DNA from: an uncultured Parachlamydiaceae bacterium
GTDB taxonomy: Bacteria; Chlamydiota; Chlamydiia; Chlamydiales; Parachlamydiaceae
DNA length: 64,000 nucleotides
Direction of reading: 5' to 3'
Assembly: GCA_963742415.1 (NCBI GenBank)
Contig: CAVULX010000002.1
Coordinates: 96,001 to 160,000 of the forward strand
In this document: positions 31,951 to 42,733 of the stretch, in pieces
How positions within the stretch are numbered: position 1 is the first letter of the stretch
Layout: every line of letters starts with the position of its first letter
Notes under the pieces: generated by a model
Database searches by the model: none
The model's input: only the letters and a program-made list of their open reading frames with translations
What the model was told of the DNA's origin: nothing
Translations under genes and position numbers: made by a program

Positions 31951-32643
31951 TTATTTTTTAGCGGTTATTTCTGAGGCCTCTTTAACAGGCGAAAAACTTC
32001 TTCGATGGATGGGGCAAGGCCCATGCTCCGCTAAAGCTTCTAGATGATATTCGGTTCCATACCCTTTATGCCTGTTAAAGCCATACTGAGGCCATGTTTC
32101 ATGATATTCCACCATGAGCTGATCGCGCGTCTCTTTGGCAATAATAGAAGCAGCGGCAATCGACTGCGATTTGGCATCCCCACCCACAATTCTTTGACAA
32201 GGGATGTGGGGATGCATCAAATTCATCCCATCGATAAATAGTATATCTAAAATGCAAGCCAACTTTTCAATGGCCTGCAGCATCGCTTGCACTGTTGCTT
32301 GGTAAATGTTGATGGCATCGATCGTTTCCACAGAGATAACTCCAATCCCATAACGGATACGACGGTTTTTTTTGATTGCAGCAAAGACCTCTTTTCTCTT
32401 CACTGCAGGGAGCTTTTTACTGTCGTCTACTCCCGGCAAAAAAACCCCTTCAGGAATAAAGCAAGCAGCCGCTACAACGGGGCCGGCTAAAGGCCCTCGC
32501 CCCGCTTCATCGACTCCTGCAATCCTTTTTAGGCCCTTGGCTCGAGCCTCCTGCTCATATTGCGTCATTTCGCCTAATCGGATCCGTTCGCTTTCATCAA
32601 GAAGTGAATTATTGGATTTCTGTTTCGACACCAGCAGCTTCAA
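31951..32643 (-). CDS. rnhB: ribonuclease HII
   Basis: AGVDEAGRGPLAGPVVAAA, DSKKL, IAAASIIAK, HKGYGT. Confidence 0.96.
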   Translation of the reverse strand: MKLLVSKQKSNNSLLDESERIRLGEMTQYEQEARAKGLKRIAGVDEAGRGPLAGPVVAAACFIPEGVFLPGVDDSKKLPAVKRKEVFAAIKKNRRIRYGIGVISVETIDAINIYQATVQAMLQAIEKLACILDILFIDGMNLMHPHIPCQRIVGGDAKSQSIAAASIIAKETRDQLMVEYHETWPQYGFNRHKGYGTEYHLEALAEHGPCPIHRRSFSPVKEASEITAKK

Positions 32644-33061
32644 CGATTACGTTTTCAGCTTCCTGCTGGGGTTGTTTTTCCTGAATATTCTCTTCTTTAG
32701 AACGACGAACGCCTTTCCGCCCTTTCACTTTGGACGCCTTACCGGAAGTTCCGCGCAAATAATACAATTTGCTTCTGCGGACATCCCCTTCCTTCATCAC
32801 TTCAATCTTGCTGATCCGCGGACTATGCAGAGGAAAAACCCGTTCCATCCCTTCTCCATAGGCCACTCGGTGCACTGAAAAGGTTTCCGAAACACCCCTC
32901 CCTTTTCGGGCAATCACGGTGCCTGTAAACACTTGAATACGCTCCTTTTCCCCTTCGACAATGCGGGTGTGGACACGGATCGTATCTCCAATGCGAAAGT
33001 TGCCCACATTGGCCTTAATTTGCCGCTTTTCCAGCTTTTCTATGACAGCTGTTCTACTCAT
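32609..33061 (-). CDS. rplS: 50S ribosomal protein L19
   Basis: GDTIRVH, ERIQVFTG, GDVRRSKLYYLR. Confidence 0.97.
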   Translation of the reverse strand: MSRTAVIEKLEKRQIKANVGNFRIGDTIRVHTRIVEGEKERIQVFTGTVIARKGRGVSETFSVHRVAYGEGMERVFPLHSPRISKIEVMKEGDVRRSKLYYLRGTSGKASKVKGRKGVRRSKEENIQEKQPQQEAENVIVEAAGVETEIQ

Positions 33062-33071
33062 TTCTCTCTCC

Positions 33072-33732
33072 TCATAATAAATCAGGGCGCACTCTACGCG
33101 TCTTTTCCAACGCTTTCGCTCGGCGCCATTTTGCTATTTCTTGATGATTTCCGCTCAATAATACTGACGGAACCTCTTTTCCTTCAAATTTTCAGGCCGC
33201 GTGTAATGGGGCCAATCCAATATCGGCTCAAATGAATCCTCATTCGCCGCCCCCTCATGTCCCAAAACCCCCGGAACAAACCGGGAAACACCATCCACGA
33301 CAACGATCGCTGCCAAACAGCCATTGGTTAATACAAAATCGCCAATGCTGATTTCTTCATCCACTTCGCTTTCAAGTACACGCTGGTCAATCCCTTCATA
33401 ATGTCCGCAAAGCAAAATAAGATGCTCATAGGCGGCCAATTCGCGACATTTTTTCGCATTGAGCACACTCCCTTGGGGCGACAAGTAGAGGTGCGCGCCC
33501 CTGGCGTTTTAACACTCCTCAGAGCTTTCGACACAGGTTCTGGCATGAGCACCATTCCGGGTCCCCCGCCATAGGGGCGATCGTCTACTTTGCGCCATTT
33601 GTTGTCGGCAAAATCGCGAATATCAACTAAATTGATCTCTATTCTCCCTTTCTGCTGAGCCTTTTTGAGAATACTTTCATCAAAAGGTCCTCGGAAATAC
33701 TCGGGAAAAAGGGAAAGAATATCGAATCTCAT
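33072..33732 (-). CDS. trmD: tRNA (guanine37-N1)-methyltransferase, with two apparent frameshifts (~33490, ~33190)
   Basis: [13 protein letters not shown] / [27 protein letters not shown] / [23 protein letters not shown] in three frames. Confidence 0.9.
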
Positions 33733-33740
33733 GGATGACT

Positions 33741-34073
33741 TTAAGCCGCTGCTTTTTTCCTAGCCTTTCTTTTCGCTGTTGCTTTTGTGCGGCGCGCTAA
33801 TTCCTTTTGGCTATGCTTAAGCACAATCGCGGGAGCTTGCTGGGCAACTAAAGCTTTGGCTTTATCTGTCATTTGCGCCCCTTGGTCCAGCCAATGTTGG
33901 ATGCGGTCAGGCTTCATGAACAATGTTAAATCTTCTTCTGTTTCAAATGGATTATACCATCCCAACATTTCCACATACTTGCCATCCCGCGGCGACCGGC
34001 TATCAGTCACCACTAAACGATAAGTTTCGCGGTTTTTACGGCCTTGCTGCCGCAATCTAATTTTTAACGCCAT
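33741..34073 (-). CDS. rpsP: 30S ribosomal protein S16
   Basis: LKIRLRQQG, DSRSPRDGKYVEMLGWYNP. Confidence 0.97.
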   Translation of the reverse strand: MALKIRLRQQGRKNRETYRLVVTDSRSPRDGKYVEMLGWYNPFETEEDLTLFMKPDRIQHWLDQGAQMTDKAKALVAQQAPAIVLKHSQKELARRTKATAKRKARKKAAA

Positions 34074-35394
34074 AGGGATCCTCCCATCATCTTTTCCAGA
34101 TTTTTCATATTTGGCATGTTTTTAAAAAATTGTTTTGCTTGTTTAAATGATTTTACTAACTTATTCACATCTTCTATTTTCGTTCCGCTGCCGCTGGCAA
34201 TCCGTTTTCGCCTAGAGGGAACTAATTCATCCTTTTCTTGCCGTTCAGCGGCTGTCATCGACTGAATGATTGCTTCAATTTTAAAAAATTCTTTTTCATC
34301 AAACTCCATCGCTTTCAGGGCGCCCATTCCGGGCAGCATCCCCAGCAAGCTTTTCAGCGACCCCATTTTCTTGACCGTCTGAATCTGCTTCAGATAGTCT
34401 TCGTAGGTAAAGGTTGCGGAGCGGATTTTTTTTTCTAATTTTTTTGCTTCTTCTTCATCGATATGTTCTTGCGCTTTTTTGACCAGGTTGATCGTATCGC
34501 CCATTCCTAGGATGCGATCTGCCATGGAAGCTGGATTAAATAGTTGCAAGTCATCCAGTTTTTCGCCAACCCCTTCAAACTTCAGCGGCTTTCCGGTCAC
34601 TTCGCGGATCGAAATCGCAGCTCCGCCGCGGGTATTGCCGTCCAGCATCGTCAGAATGGTTCCGGTTACCTCAATCCGTTTATTAAACTCAGCCGCGATA
34701 TTGACAGCATCTTGACCTGTCGTCGCGTTTGCGACAAACAGGATTTCCTGGGGTTGCAGCGCCTTTTTAACATTCTCCAGCTGCAGCATCAACTCTTCGT
34801 CGATGTGCAGCCGGCCGGCCGTATCGACAATGAGGACATCGTGATGTTCATTTTTTGCTTTTTGCAGAGCTGCTTTGGCCACCTTAACAGGATCTTTTTC
34901 ACCCGGAATAAGAAAGACTGCCACTCCAGTCTGCTCCCCTAAAGTTTTAAGCTGATCAACGGCGGCAGGACGTTGCAGGTCACAGGCGACTAAAAGGGGG
35001 TTTTTGCTTTCTCCTTTTTTCTTCAAATAGTTGGCTAATTTGGCGCAATGTGTTGTTTTTCCCGATCCTTGCAAACCGCAGACCATAATAACGGCCGGTT
35101 TATTGTGCGATCTGAAGGCGTTTCTTCCACACCCCCCATCAAACTCACGAGCTCATCATGGACAATTTTGATGAACTGCTGCCCGGGAGTCACAGATTTT
35201 AAAACGACATCGCCTATCGCTTTCTCTTTAACCCTCTTTACTAGAGCTTTAGCGACGCTATAATTGACATCCGCTTCTAAAAGCGCCAACCGCACTTCGC
35301 TCACCGCTTCTGCGATATTATCTTCGGTCAGCTTCCTTTTGCCTGCCAATTTAGACATCAAAGCTTGCATTTTTTCGGTTAATATCCCGAGCAT
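34064..35394 (-). CDS. ffh: signal recognition particle protein, apparent frameshift near 35110
   Basis: ALLEADVN (N domain) in one frame; GLQGSGKTT, DTAGRL and M domain in the next. Confidence 0.93.
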
Positions 35395-35451
35395 AAAAGC
35401 TTAAGTTTGCTACTCCTCTTATGTATTTAAGTGGCGATAATACTTAAAAAA

Positions 35452-36300
35452 TCATTCAATTTCAAGAAAAAAGAAACGATCGTGCCCCCCCCAATCTTTC
35501 TCTATTCTCTTCTCTTTCCAGGGGGGAGAAGGGAAAAGCTCTAAGACTTTTTTTCCCTGACTTTGACCTATCTCCATTCCCACTTTCGCCTTAGGCTCCA
35601 AATAGGGGGGCAACTCATTGGCAAGCCGCCTATAAAATTCAATTCCAGATTGACCGCTCACGAGCGCGAGGCGGGGTTCATAATCTCTCACTTCTTTGTC
35701 CAAAGAGCTGTATTCCTCTTCCGATATATAGGGAGGATTGCATACCACATAAGAGGCCCGGTTGCCGGCAAATGGAGCTAAAAGATCCCCTTGCAAAATA
35801 TCTACTTGGACATGATTCAATGCAGCATTTTCTTGTGCCATGGCTAACGCTTCAGGGGAGATATCGGAGAGTGAAACTTGCAATTCGGGGAAGGTTTTTT
35901 TAAGAGCAATGCCAACATAGCCGGAACCACAACACACGTCCCAGAGCGTTTTTCCCTCAGCTCCCTCTCTTTTAATGATCTGGACAACTTTATCGACGAG
36001 AATTTCAGTTTCATGCCGGGGAATTAAGACGTTGGGATTGATTTTGACCGAACACCCGTAAAATTTGACTTCCCCATGGATGTAGGCTAAAGGCTCCCCT
36101 TGCCCCCTGCGAACAAGACGGGAGCGGATCAGATCGAGCTCCGTATCTGTCAGCGGCTTTTCATGCTCCAAATACAACTGCGTGCGCGTTAAACGTAAGG
36201 CGTCGCAAATGAGGTCTTGAGCTTCTCGACGTGAATTTTCAACCCCTTTTTGCTTAAGGTAATCCACCGACAAATTTAAAACTTCTAATAATCTACGCAC
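35452..36300 (-). CDS. prmC: release factor glutamine methyltransferase
   Basis: GEPLAYI, VLIPRHETE, CNPPYI; follows prfA. Confidence 0.95.
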   Translation of the reverse strand: MRRLLEVLNLSVDYLKQKGVENSRREAQDLICDALRLTRTQLYLEHEKPLTDTELDLIRSRLVRRGQGEPLAYIHGEVKFYGCSVKINPNVLIPRHETEILVDKVVQIIKREGAEGKTLWDVCCGSGYVGIALKKTFPELQVSLSDISPEALAMAQENAALNHVQVDILQGDLLAPFAGNRASYVVCNPPYISEEEYSSLDKEVRDYEPRLALVSGQSGIEFYRRLANELPPYLEPKAKVGMEIGQSQGKKVLELFPSPPWKEKRIEKDWGGHDRFFFLEIE

Positions 36301-36305
36301 AGGTC

Positions 36306-37388
36306 TTATGTTTGCAATTGTTCCTGATAAAAATGGGTCACTAAGGCGGTCACAATATCTTCCAATTCCCCCTCCATGACCCTGTCCAGATCATAACGTG
36401 TTAGATTAATCCGATGATCTGTCATCCGGTTCTGGGGAAAATTATAGGTTCGAATCCTTTCCGAGCGATCCCCTGAACCCACTTGCTGGGAACGGGAATT
36501 GGCGATGGCTTCCTGCTTTTTTTGCCGCTCAACCTCGGCCAATTTGGCTTTCAGCAAACGCATCGCTTTATCTTTATTTTTATGCTGGCTTCTTTCTTCC
36601 TGGCAATACACAACGATCCCTGAAGGGATATGAGTCAACCGGACAGCGCTATCGGTCGTGTTAACATGCTGGCCGCCGGCTCCTGAAGATCTATAAGTGT
36701 CGACGCGGAGATCTCTTTCATCCACCTCTACATCGGCATCTTCATCAGGCTCTAATAACACAGCTACTGTAATCGCTGAGGTATGCACTCTTCCTTGAGC
36801 TTCTGTTTCGGGAACCCGCTGAACGCGGTGAGTTCCCCCTTCATGCCGTAAAAAGCGGTAGACGTTAGGCCCTGAAAGGACCATCACGTATTCCTTAAAG
36901 CCCCCTTTTTCCGATTCTGCACAGGAAAGCAACTCATATTTCCACCCCATCTTGTCGGCAAACATTTTGTACATGCGGGTACAATCACCGACAAAGAGGG
37001 CTGCTTCCTCTCCCCCGGTCCCTGCACGTAATTCTAAAATCGTATTTTTGCTGTCGTTTGGATCAGGCGGTACAAGCAGATTCTCCAGTTTTGCTTGCAA
37101 TTCCACAAGACGGGCCTCTAAATATAGGCAATCCTCTTGCAAAACCTCTGCAAACGTGGGATCTCCCTCTGTTTTAAGGAGTTCCTGATTATCCAACAAT
37201 TGTTTCCTCAGCCTTTCAGACTCATCCCACATGGTTCTGACCTCATGCAAATAAGCATGCTCTTGGGTGAGTGAACGGTACAATTTTTGGTCGCCAAAAA
37301 TTTCAGGCATCCCCAATTGTTGTTCGACTTCAGTTAAACGGGAAAGTAACTGTAATACTTTTTTTTTCATCATGGTAGGAGTTCTCAA
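36306..37388 (-). CDS. prfA: peptide chain release factor 1
   Basis: [29 protein letters not shown]. Confidence 0.97.
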   Translation of the reverse strand: MRTPTMMKKKVLQLLSRLTEVEQQLGMPEIFGDQKLYRSLTQEHAYLHEVRTMWDESERLRKQLLDNQELLKTEGDPTFAEVLQEDCLYLEARLVELQAKLENLLVPPDPNDSKNTILELRAGTGGEEAALFVGDCTRMYKMFADKMGWKYELLSCAESEKGGFKEYVMVLSGPNVYRFLRHEGGTHRVQRVPETEAQGRVHTSAITVAVLLEPDEDADVEVDERDLRVDTYRSSGAGGQHVNTTDSAVRLTHIPSGIVVYCQEERSQHKNKDKAMRLLKAKLAEVERQKKQEAIANSRSQQVGSGDRSERIRTYNFPQNRMTDHRINLTRYDLDRVMEGELEDIVTALVTHFYQEQLQT

Positions 37389-37441
37389 GCAAAGAAGGCA
37401 AAAATAGGGCTTGCCTTCTTTTAAAGAGCAACTGTTTGAGG

Positions 37442-37780
37442 TTATTTCTTCGCTTTACCTTTCTTTGCAGGGGGTTGTTCTTTCTCCCCTTCCTTTTCCC
37501 CCTCTTTATCCCCTTTGCCTTTTTGCTGGGCGGCGCTATAGCGCTTTTTAAATTTGTCCACTCTTCCTTCAGCATCGACAAATTGTTTGCTGCCAGTGAA
37601 CAAGGGATGAGAATACGCAGAGGTCGAAAGATGGTATACCGGATATTCTTTGCCTTCAAATTTTTCCGTGTCTTTGGTTTGAAGGGCTGAACCGATCACA
37701 AATCGGTGTCCGGTAGATGAATCGACAAATAACACTTGTTGATATTTAGGATGAGCTTCTTTTTTCATCATATGCTCCAA
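37442..37780 (-). CDS. rpmE2: 50S ribosomal protein L31 type B
   Basis: [26 protein letters not shown]; no Cys zinc ligands. Confidence 0.93.
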   Translation of the reverse strand: MEHMMKKEAHPKYQQVLFVDSSTGHRFVIGSALQTKDTEKFEGKEYPVYHLSTSAYSHPLFTGSKQFVDAEGRVDKFKKRYSAAQQKGKGDKEGEKEGEKEQPPAKKGKAKK

Positions 37781-38021
37781 ATTGGATTAATTAATGCATC
37801 AATATAATTTATCCCCTTGTAAATTACAAGAAATTTTAGCGATCAAGGAAAGGAAATCTGTCCCTGCACACATTAATTGCTTTGCGAGCCCCTGCCCGTG
37901 CGCCTTGCCAAAATTTAATGAATAAACATTTTTATTTCTTTTCGATTATATCATTAAATTGACATTTAATTAGTAAAAATGATATAATATTTTTAATTTT
38001 AATTAACTGATAGGCTCGTAA

Positions 38022-38780
38022 ATGATTTCTAATAACAATAATTCTAATACACACACTGAAGCTCTCCCTAATACCAACTCTTCTGTGCTCCTCCAATTGT
38101 ATCATTATAGCCAACATTCTAAACCTTCGGCCACTGTCAAAATGTTGAAAAATAAAAACCTTTACCCTGAACTCAACGTATTCCGCCAACAAATTGAATA
38201 TGAAACCTTAAATTTTCACTCTTCCCCTTATAGCTGCATAAAAAAGAAAGTCGCCCTATATAAAATCATCTTTTTCTTATTAGCCGTTCTATTTTTCGGC
38301 CTTGGCGCCATCATTTATCAAAAAGCCCTTTATTGGTCTGTAGCCCCTTTGTCTTACAATCAATTCTTCATGATTAAGAATCTGATTTGCGGGATCTGCG
38401 CTTTCATCGGTTCTTTGAGTTTATGGATTTTCGGTTCGATGAGGGCAGAACAGGAAGCTTCAAGACATTTGCTGAAACTCGCTCATCACAAATTGAATAA
38501 ATCATTTGCGCGCAAACGGGTTGAATTTGGATTGCATAGTTTGTTCCTCTTTGGCAACGCCTATAAGAGATCGCAGGCTCTCAAGCAAGCCTACCAAGAT
38601 GCCCGTCATCGGATGCAACGCCATTATGAGAATCTACATCACTTATTTAAACGGATCAGCACCTCCTCCTCCATCAATGCTCGCGTACGGGAACTTCTCT
38701 GCAATCAAGCCATTTTAGAGTTCGGCGATCAAATGGATCACGTCGTCTCTTCTTTTAAGGAAATTCGCGCGCTCCATTAG
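38022..38780 (+). CDS. hypothetical membrane protein (two hydrophobic segments then a helical tail)
   Basis: IIFFLLAVLFFGLGAII and LICGICAFIGSLSLWIF segments. Confidence 0.75.
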   Translation: MISNNNNSNTHTEALPNTNSSVLLQLYHYSQHSKPSATVKMLKNKNLYPELNVFRQQIEYETLNFHSSPYSCIKKKVALYKIIFFLLAVLFFGLGAIIYQKALYWSVAPLSYNQFFMIKNLICGICAFIGSLSLWIFGSMRAEQEASRHLLKLAHHKLNKSFARKRVEFGLHSLFLFGNAYKRSQALKQAYQDARHRMQRHYENLHHLFKRISTSSSINARVRELLCNQAILEFGDQMDHVVSSFKEIRALH

Positions 38781-38844
38781 AAACTCAAAAGTTCTCTGTG
38801 GATCACAAACTCCCTCCTCGATTACAATCCTGTTTTTCTTTGGA

Positions 38845-40080
38845 ATGATGATGCAAAACAATAGAATCAATAAAATCGGAACTAGATCTCCATTGCATGT
38901 TCTGCTTCTCCCCTCTTTTTATCCCACTTTAGAGGACCCGATCTACGGCAATTTTTTCCATGAACAAGCTGTTATGGTAAAAGATGCCGGTGTCCAAATC
39001 GGCGTCATTTATCCTGAAATTCGGCAGCTCAAAGACCTAACTTTTAACCTTGCCTTGAAAAATTACTTCCAGCTAAGCCAAGCGCATGAAAATGGCTTGC
39101 CGACCCACCGAATGCATGGATGGAACCTTTCCCCAGCTTACTTGCAGGGCACAAGCATTCTATGGACAGGTGCGGCAATGAAATTATATGAAAAATATGT
39201 CAAGGCGCATGGAAAACCTGATCTCATCCATGCTCAAAGCACCTTGTGGGGAGGAATCGCAGCTTGCGCGATTGCAAAAAAATATCACGTTCCTTACATT
39301 ATCGCCGAACATAGAGATAATTTTCTTCATGAGACTCTATTTCCTAGCTCTTCTCCGGATGATTGGCTATCAAAAAAAGTAAAAGATGCTTTTAAAAATG
39401 CAGCCCAATTGGTTGCTGTGAGCCAGGCTTTAAAATCGGGAATGCAAAAATATTCGGGCAATAAAATTTCAGTGATCCCCAATTTCATCGATACATCTTT
39501 TTTTTCACGAAGGGAGCAAGCCAGACCCTCTTCCCCTTTCCCCTTTACCTTTTTAACTGTGGCAAATTTGGTTGAGAGCAAAAACATCCAGGGCTTGCTG
39601 AAAGCCTTTCAGAGCCTCTATAAGACTGATCCAAATATGAGGCTGCGGATCATAGGCGAAGGGCCCCAGAAAGCCCCTTTAATAAAAATGGCCGAACAAC
39701 TAAAAGTTAAGGAAGAGGTGGAATTTTTGGGAAAATTGAGCCGAACAGAAGTCAAAAGCGCTTACGCTTCCTCCCATGTCTTTGTTCTACCCAGCAACTA
39801 CGAAACATTTGGCGTTGTTTTTATTGAGGCTTTAGCCATGGGATTGCCTGTGATTGGGACGCGATGCGGCGGACCAGAAGATATCATTACAGATGAAGTC
39901 GGGCGGCTGGTGAAATGTCAAAACGATGCAGAATTAGCTGAGGCTATGCTCACAGTGAAAAACAATTATCATTCATACGATCCAATCGAATTGCAAAATT
40001 ACGTCATCAAACAATTTAGCAAAGCAGCAGTCATCTCAAAATGGGTTCAAGTTTATAGCAAATCAAAACAGCTAAGCTGA
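38845..40080 (+). CDS. GT4 family glycosyltransferase
   Basis: KPDLIHAQS; FVLPSNYETFGVVFIEALAMGLPVI (EX7E). Confidence 0.92.
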   Translation: MMMQNNRINKIGTRSPLHVLLLPSFYPTLEDPIYGNFFHEQAVMVKDAGVQIGVIYPEIRQLKDLTFNLALKNYFQLSQAHENGLPTHRMHGWNLSPAYLQGTSILWTGAAMKLYEKYVKAHGKPDLIHAQSTLWGGIAACAIAKKYHVPYIIAEHRDNFLHETLFPSSSPDDWLSKKVKDAFKNAAQLVAVSQALKSGMQKYSGNKISVIPNFIDTSFFSRREQARPSSPFPFTFLTVANLVESKNIQGLLKAFQSLYKTDPNMRLRIIGEGPQKAPLIKMAEQLKVKEEVEFLGKLSRTEVKSAYASSHVFVLPSNYETFGVVFIEALAMGLPVIGTRCGGPEDIITDEVGRLVKCQNDAELAEAMLTVKNNYHSYDPIELQNYVIKQFSKAAVISKWVQVYSKSKQLS

Positions 40081-40223
40081 ATAACAAAAAAACAGGATAA
40101 TCAAGACCGCCTTCGGCGACAGGATAAACAAGATTCACCAAAATAGTTGCTAAAATATACCACCCAAATCGATTTTGATCAGGCCGAATTCCTGATCCTA
40201 GAGTTTGGATGTTTTGAAAGAAA

Positions 40224-40329
40224 AAATTCCCGAAGGGAATTGTAGACTGGTAGCCCAGAGTTGTGCCGTTTCGGCATCGCCCTCACAGCTTACTCTGGGC
40301 TACCAGTCTACAATTCCCTTCGGGAATTT
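40224..40329. repeat. perfect 38-bp inverted repeat with a 30-nt structured loop (REP/MITE-like)
   Basis: AAATTCCCGAAGGGAATTGTAGACTGGTAGCCCAGAGT (40224-40261) and its exact reverse complement (40292-40329). Confidence 0.9.
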
Positions 40330-40463
40330 ATTTAAGAAGCGTCCAAACTCGAACGTTTGGCGCGCAAGCGCCAAGCTAGTGGATCGAAAGATACGTTGCT
40401 AACTAATCTTTTGGGACCGTTGTTCAAGCTGCATAAACATCATTTGTTTCGTTCTGTAGCCAC

Positions 40464-40892
40464 CTATAGTTTTTCTGTCAGCATCGCTAAGCCTGTCAAA
40501 ATGGCAGCTCCTCCGATTGAAGGGGCAGCCACACCGGCCACATGAGCTCCAGCAACAAACCCTACGGTAACAACTATTGCTGAAATAGTATACTTAGCAA
40601 AAAATCTTTGGTGTGGATGAGGATCTTTATTACCTTCAAGAGATACTCTTGTTGGTTTAAAATAATTAATTTTATTTAAAAGCTCTTCAACCTTCTGAGC
40701 AAGTGTTGAAACAGAAAATCCAAAAACAGCTCCCCCTGGTACAGATACCCCAAATTTGATAAACGTATGGCCATATTTTTCAGCCACTCCGCAAAATGCG
40801 GCTGAAAGTGCGGCTGCTTGAATTGTATGATTGTAGGGATATAAAACATCAGCTGCAAAATTTTTAATACCGGATATAACATAAGAAACCAT
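40464..40892 (-). CDS. small hypothetical membrane protein
   Basis: Gly/Ala-rich hydrophobic segments; ATG at 40892 (MVSYV) preceded by GAGG. Confidence 0.6.
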   Translation of the reverse strand: MVSYVISGIKNFAADVLYPYNHTIQAAALSAAFCGVAEKYGHTFIKFGVSVPGGAVFGFSVSTLAQKVEELLNKINYFKPTRVSLEGNKDPHPHQRFFAKYTISAIVVTVGFVAGAHVAGVAAPSIGGAAILTGLAMLTEKL

Positions 40893-40995
40893 AATAAACC
40901 TCAACTTAATTTGTATTAACAAGGATAAAATATTATAAAATCGTCCCCAAAAAGTCAATATCGACTTTGTAAAAAAATAAAAAGAAGATGGCAAA

Positions 40996-41832
40996 CTAGA
41001 TGTCCAAAAACCTCACGGCATAATACTTAGCACAAGAATAAATAATGCCAAAAGGTGAAATACTTCTAAAATTAATGGTCAACTCATTACGAGCTGAACT
41101 CAAACGTGCTTTCCGGCTCATTTTTTTCCTATCAGAGTCCCAACCTCGGCAGTGATAAGCAATAAGATCAGGAACATACATCAGCTTCCAATTTTTCCTC
41201 TTTAGCCTAAGTGAAAGATCTATATCTTCTTTGTACATGTAAAAAGCCGGATCAAAAATTTCTTTTCCGTTAATCAACACTTCATCTAGAGCTTTTTTAC
41301 GGCAAAAAAAGACCGCCCCGCATAAAGCTGGAACCTCTTCATCTCCTCGATAGTGGCCGGCCTGATGCTGCTTTCCCTGATCCCTATCATACCACCTTCC
41401 ATACCATGTTTTAAACACGCCTGTGGTATCATATTTTCCTGTCGGGGCACCGAATGAGATGTCGTAACCCAAGACAGTCCCAGTTAAAGCTCCACAACGG
41501 GAATTCTCAGGTTGAAGCATGAACCCTACAGCTTTTTCAAGAAACTCAGGGGTCAAAAAAGCATCAGGATTCAATAAAAATACAAAATCGCTCTGAGCAT
41601 CCACATGATTTAACCCTAAATTATTGCCTTTGCAAAATCCCGCTTCTTTTTCAGCGAAGACGACTTTAAACTTGGGATGCTTAACATACCGATCGAGATA
41701 ATCATTATCCTTAGAACCTGTATCGGCAATAATGACTTCATGTGGAGGAAGCGTCTGTTGCTTCAAGCACTGGATCGCTTCTGGAAGATATTTTTGACTG
41801 TTATAAGTCACGATAATTACGGAGCACGTCAC
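40996..41832 (-). CDS. GT2 family glycosyltransferase
   Basis: SVIIVTYNS, GFCKGNNLG, LLNPDA, FYMYKEDIDLSLR. Confidence 0.92.
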   Translation of the reverse strand: MTCSVIIVTYNSQKYLPEAIQCLKQQTLPPHEVIIADTGSKDNDYLDRYVKHPKFKVVFAEKEAGFCKGNNLGLNHVDAQSDFVFLLNPDAFLTPEFLEKAVGFMLQPENSRCGALTGTVLGYDISFGAPTGKYDTTGVFKTWYGRWYDRDQGKQHQAGHYRGDEEVPALCGAVFFCRKKALDEVLINGKEIFDPAFYMYKEDIDLSLRLKRKNWKLMYVPDLIAYHCRGWDSDRKKMSRKARLSSARNELTINFRSISPFGIIYSCAKYYAVRFLDI

Positions 41833-41896
41833 TGAGATATCCTATCTTAAAACTTCCCAAAAGATCTGTCAGAAGACCTTTTGAGATATTTCCCAT

Positions 41897-42589
41897 TTAA
41901 CTTTCTTTACGGACAAACTTTCCTTTAGCTTTTTTTGCATTACTGATCAGCGGGCGAACATCCAGATTGAACATTTCGTATTCATTTTTTTTCCCTTTTC
42001 CCTGAACAAAAACATGCTGTCCACCAGTCCAATTTCCTGTGGCAAAGGTATTCCATAAATCAAATTTCCATACTGTAGAATCACTTAGTTTGACTGAGCG
42101 CCCACCCTTCGAGACTTCAATGATTTTTAGGCCAGCATCCCCGGTGGATTTCAAATCTAACTCAACTAAAGGCCTTATCCCCTCTTTTTCTTTTTTTTCT
42201 ATCCCTTCCAGATTTTTAAGGGCAAAATAATCATGTCCTCCTCCACCTGCACCCACTAAGCCAAAAGTACGCATTATCATGCGATCTCCAGCTTCCCAGG
42301 TTTTCAAATTTTCAAAAGAATCACGTATACGTTGCTTGTCGCAAACATTCAAAACAGTTCCATCCTCTAAAACAATTTTTGAATTATAACCTTCACGGAT
42401 TATAACGACTTGTTGAATTCGATTTTCATATAAAGGCAAATCTTTCGATTGTGTTTCTGCAGCAACATTAAAAGCAAACATTGAGAAGAACGCAGCAAAC
42501 ATCCATTTGGTCTTTATGCCAAGCAGACCATTTTTAATGCAGCTTTGGACATTTTGTGCAAAGTTGAAGCCAATTCTGAAAACATTCAT
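41897..42589 (-). CDS. hypothetical exported protein with two repeated beta-rich units
   Basis: Signal-like WMFAAFFSMFAFNVAA; units IVLEDGTVL..WEAGD and VKLSDSTVW..WTGGQ. Confidence 0.7.
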   Translation of the reverse strand: MNVFRIGFNFAQNVQSCIKNGLLGIKTKWMFAAFFSMFAFNVAAETQSKDLPLYENRIQQVVIIREGYNSKIVLEDGTVLNVCDKQRIRDSFENLKTWEAGDRMIMRTFGLVGAGGGGHDYFALKNLEGIEKKEKEGIRPLVELDLKSTGDAGLKIIEVSKGGRSVKLSDSTVWKFDLWNTFATGNWTGGQHVFVQGKGKKNEYEMFNLDVRPLISNAKKAKGKFVRKES

Positions 42590-42733
42590 GATAATCCTCC
42601 ACTTGAATTATTATAAAAACTATCCTTCGTAAAGCTATACCGATTTCGAGAATAAATCAATGCAAATCCGTTTATCTTGCCTTTAACTTGTGCGATTTGT
42701 TAGCCTTTATTGAAAAAAAAGAAATCAAATACC

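Noticed and set aside
33732-33741. Absence of rimM between rpsP and trmD as a novel loss
   Set aside because: This is the usual chlamydial gene order
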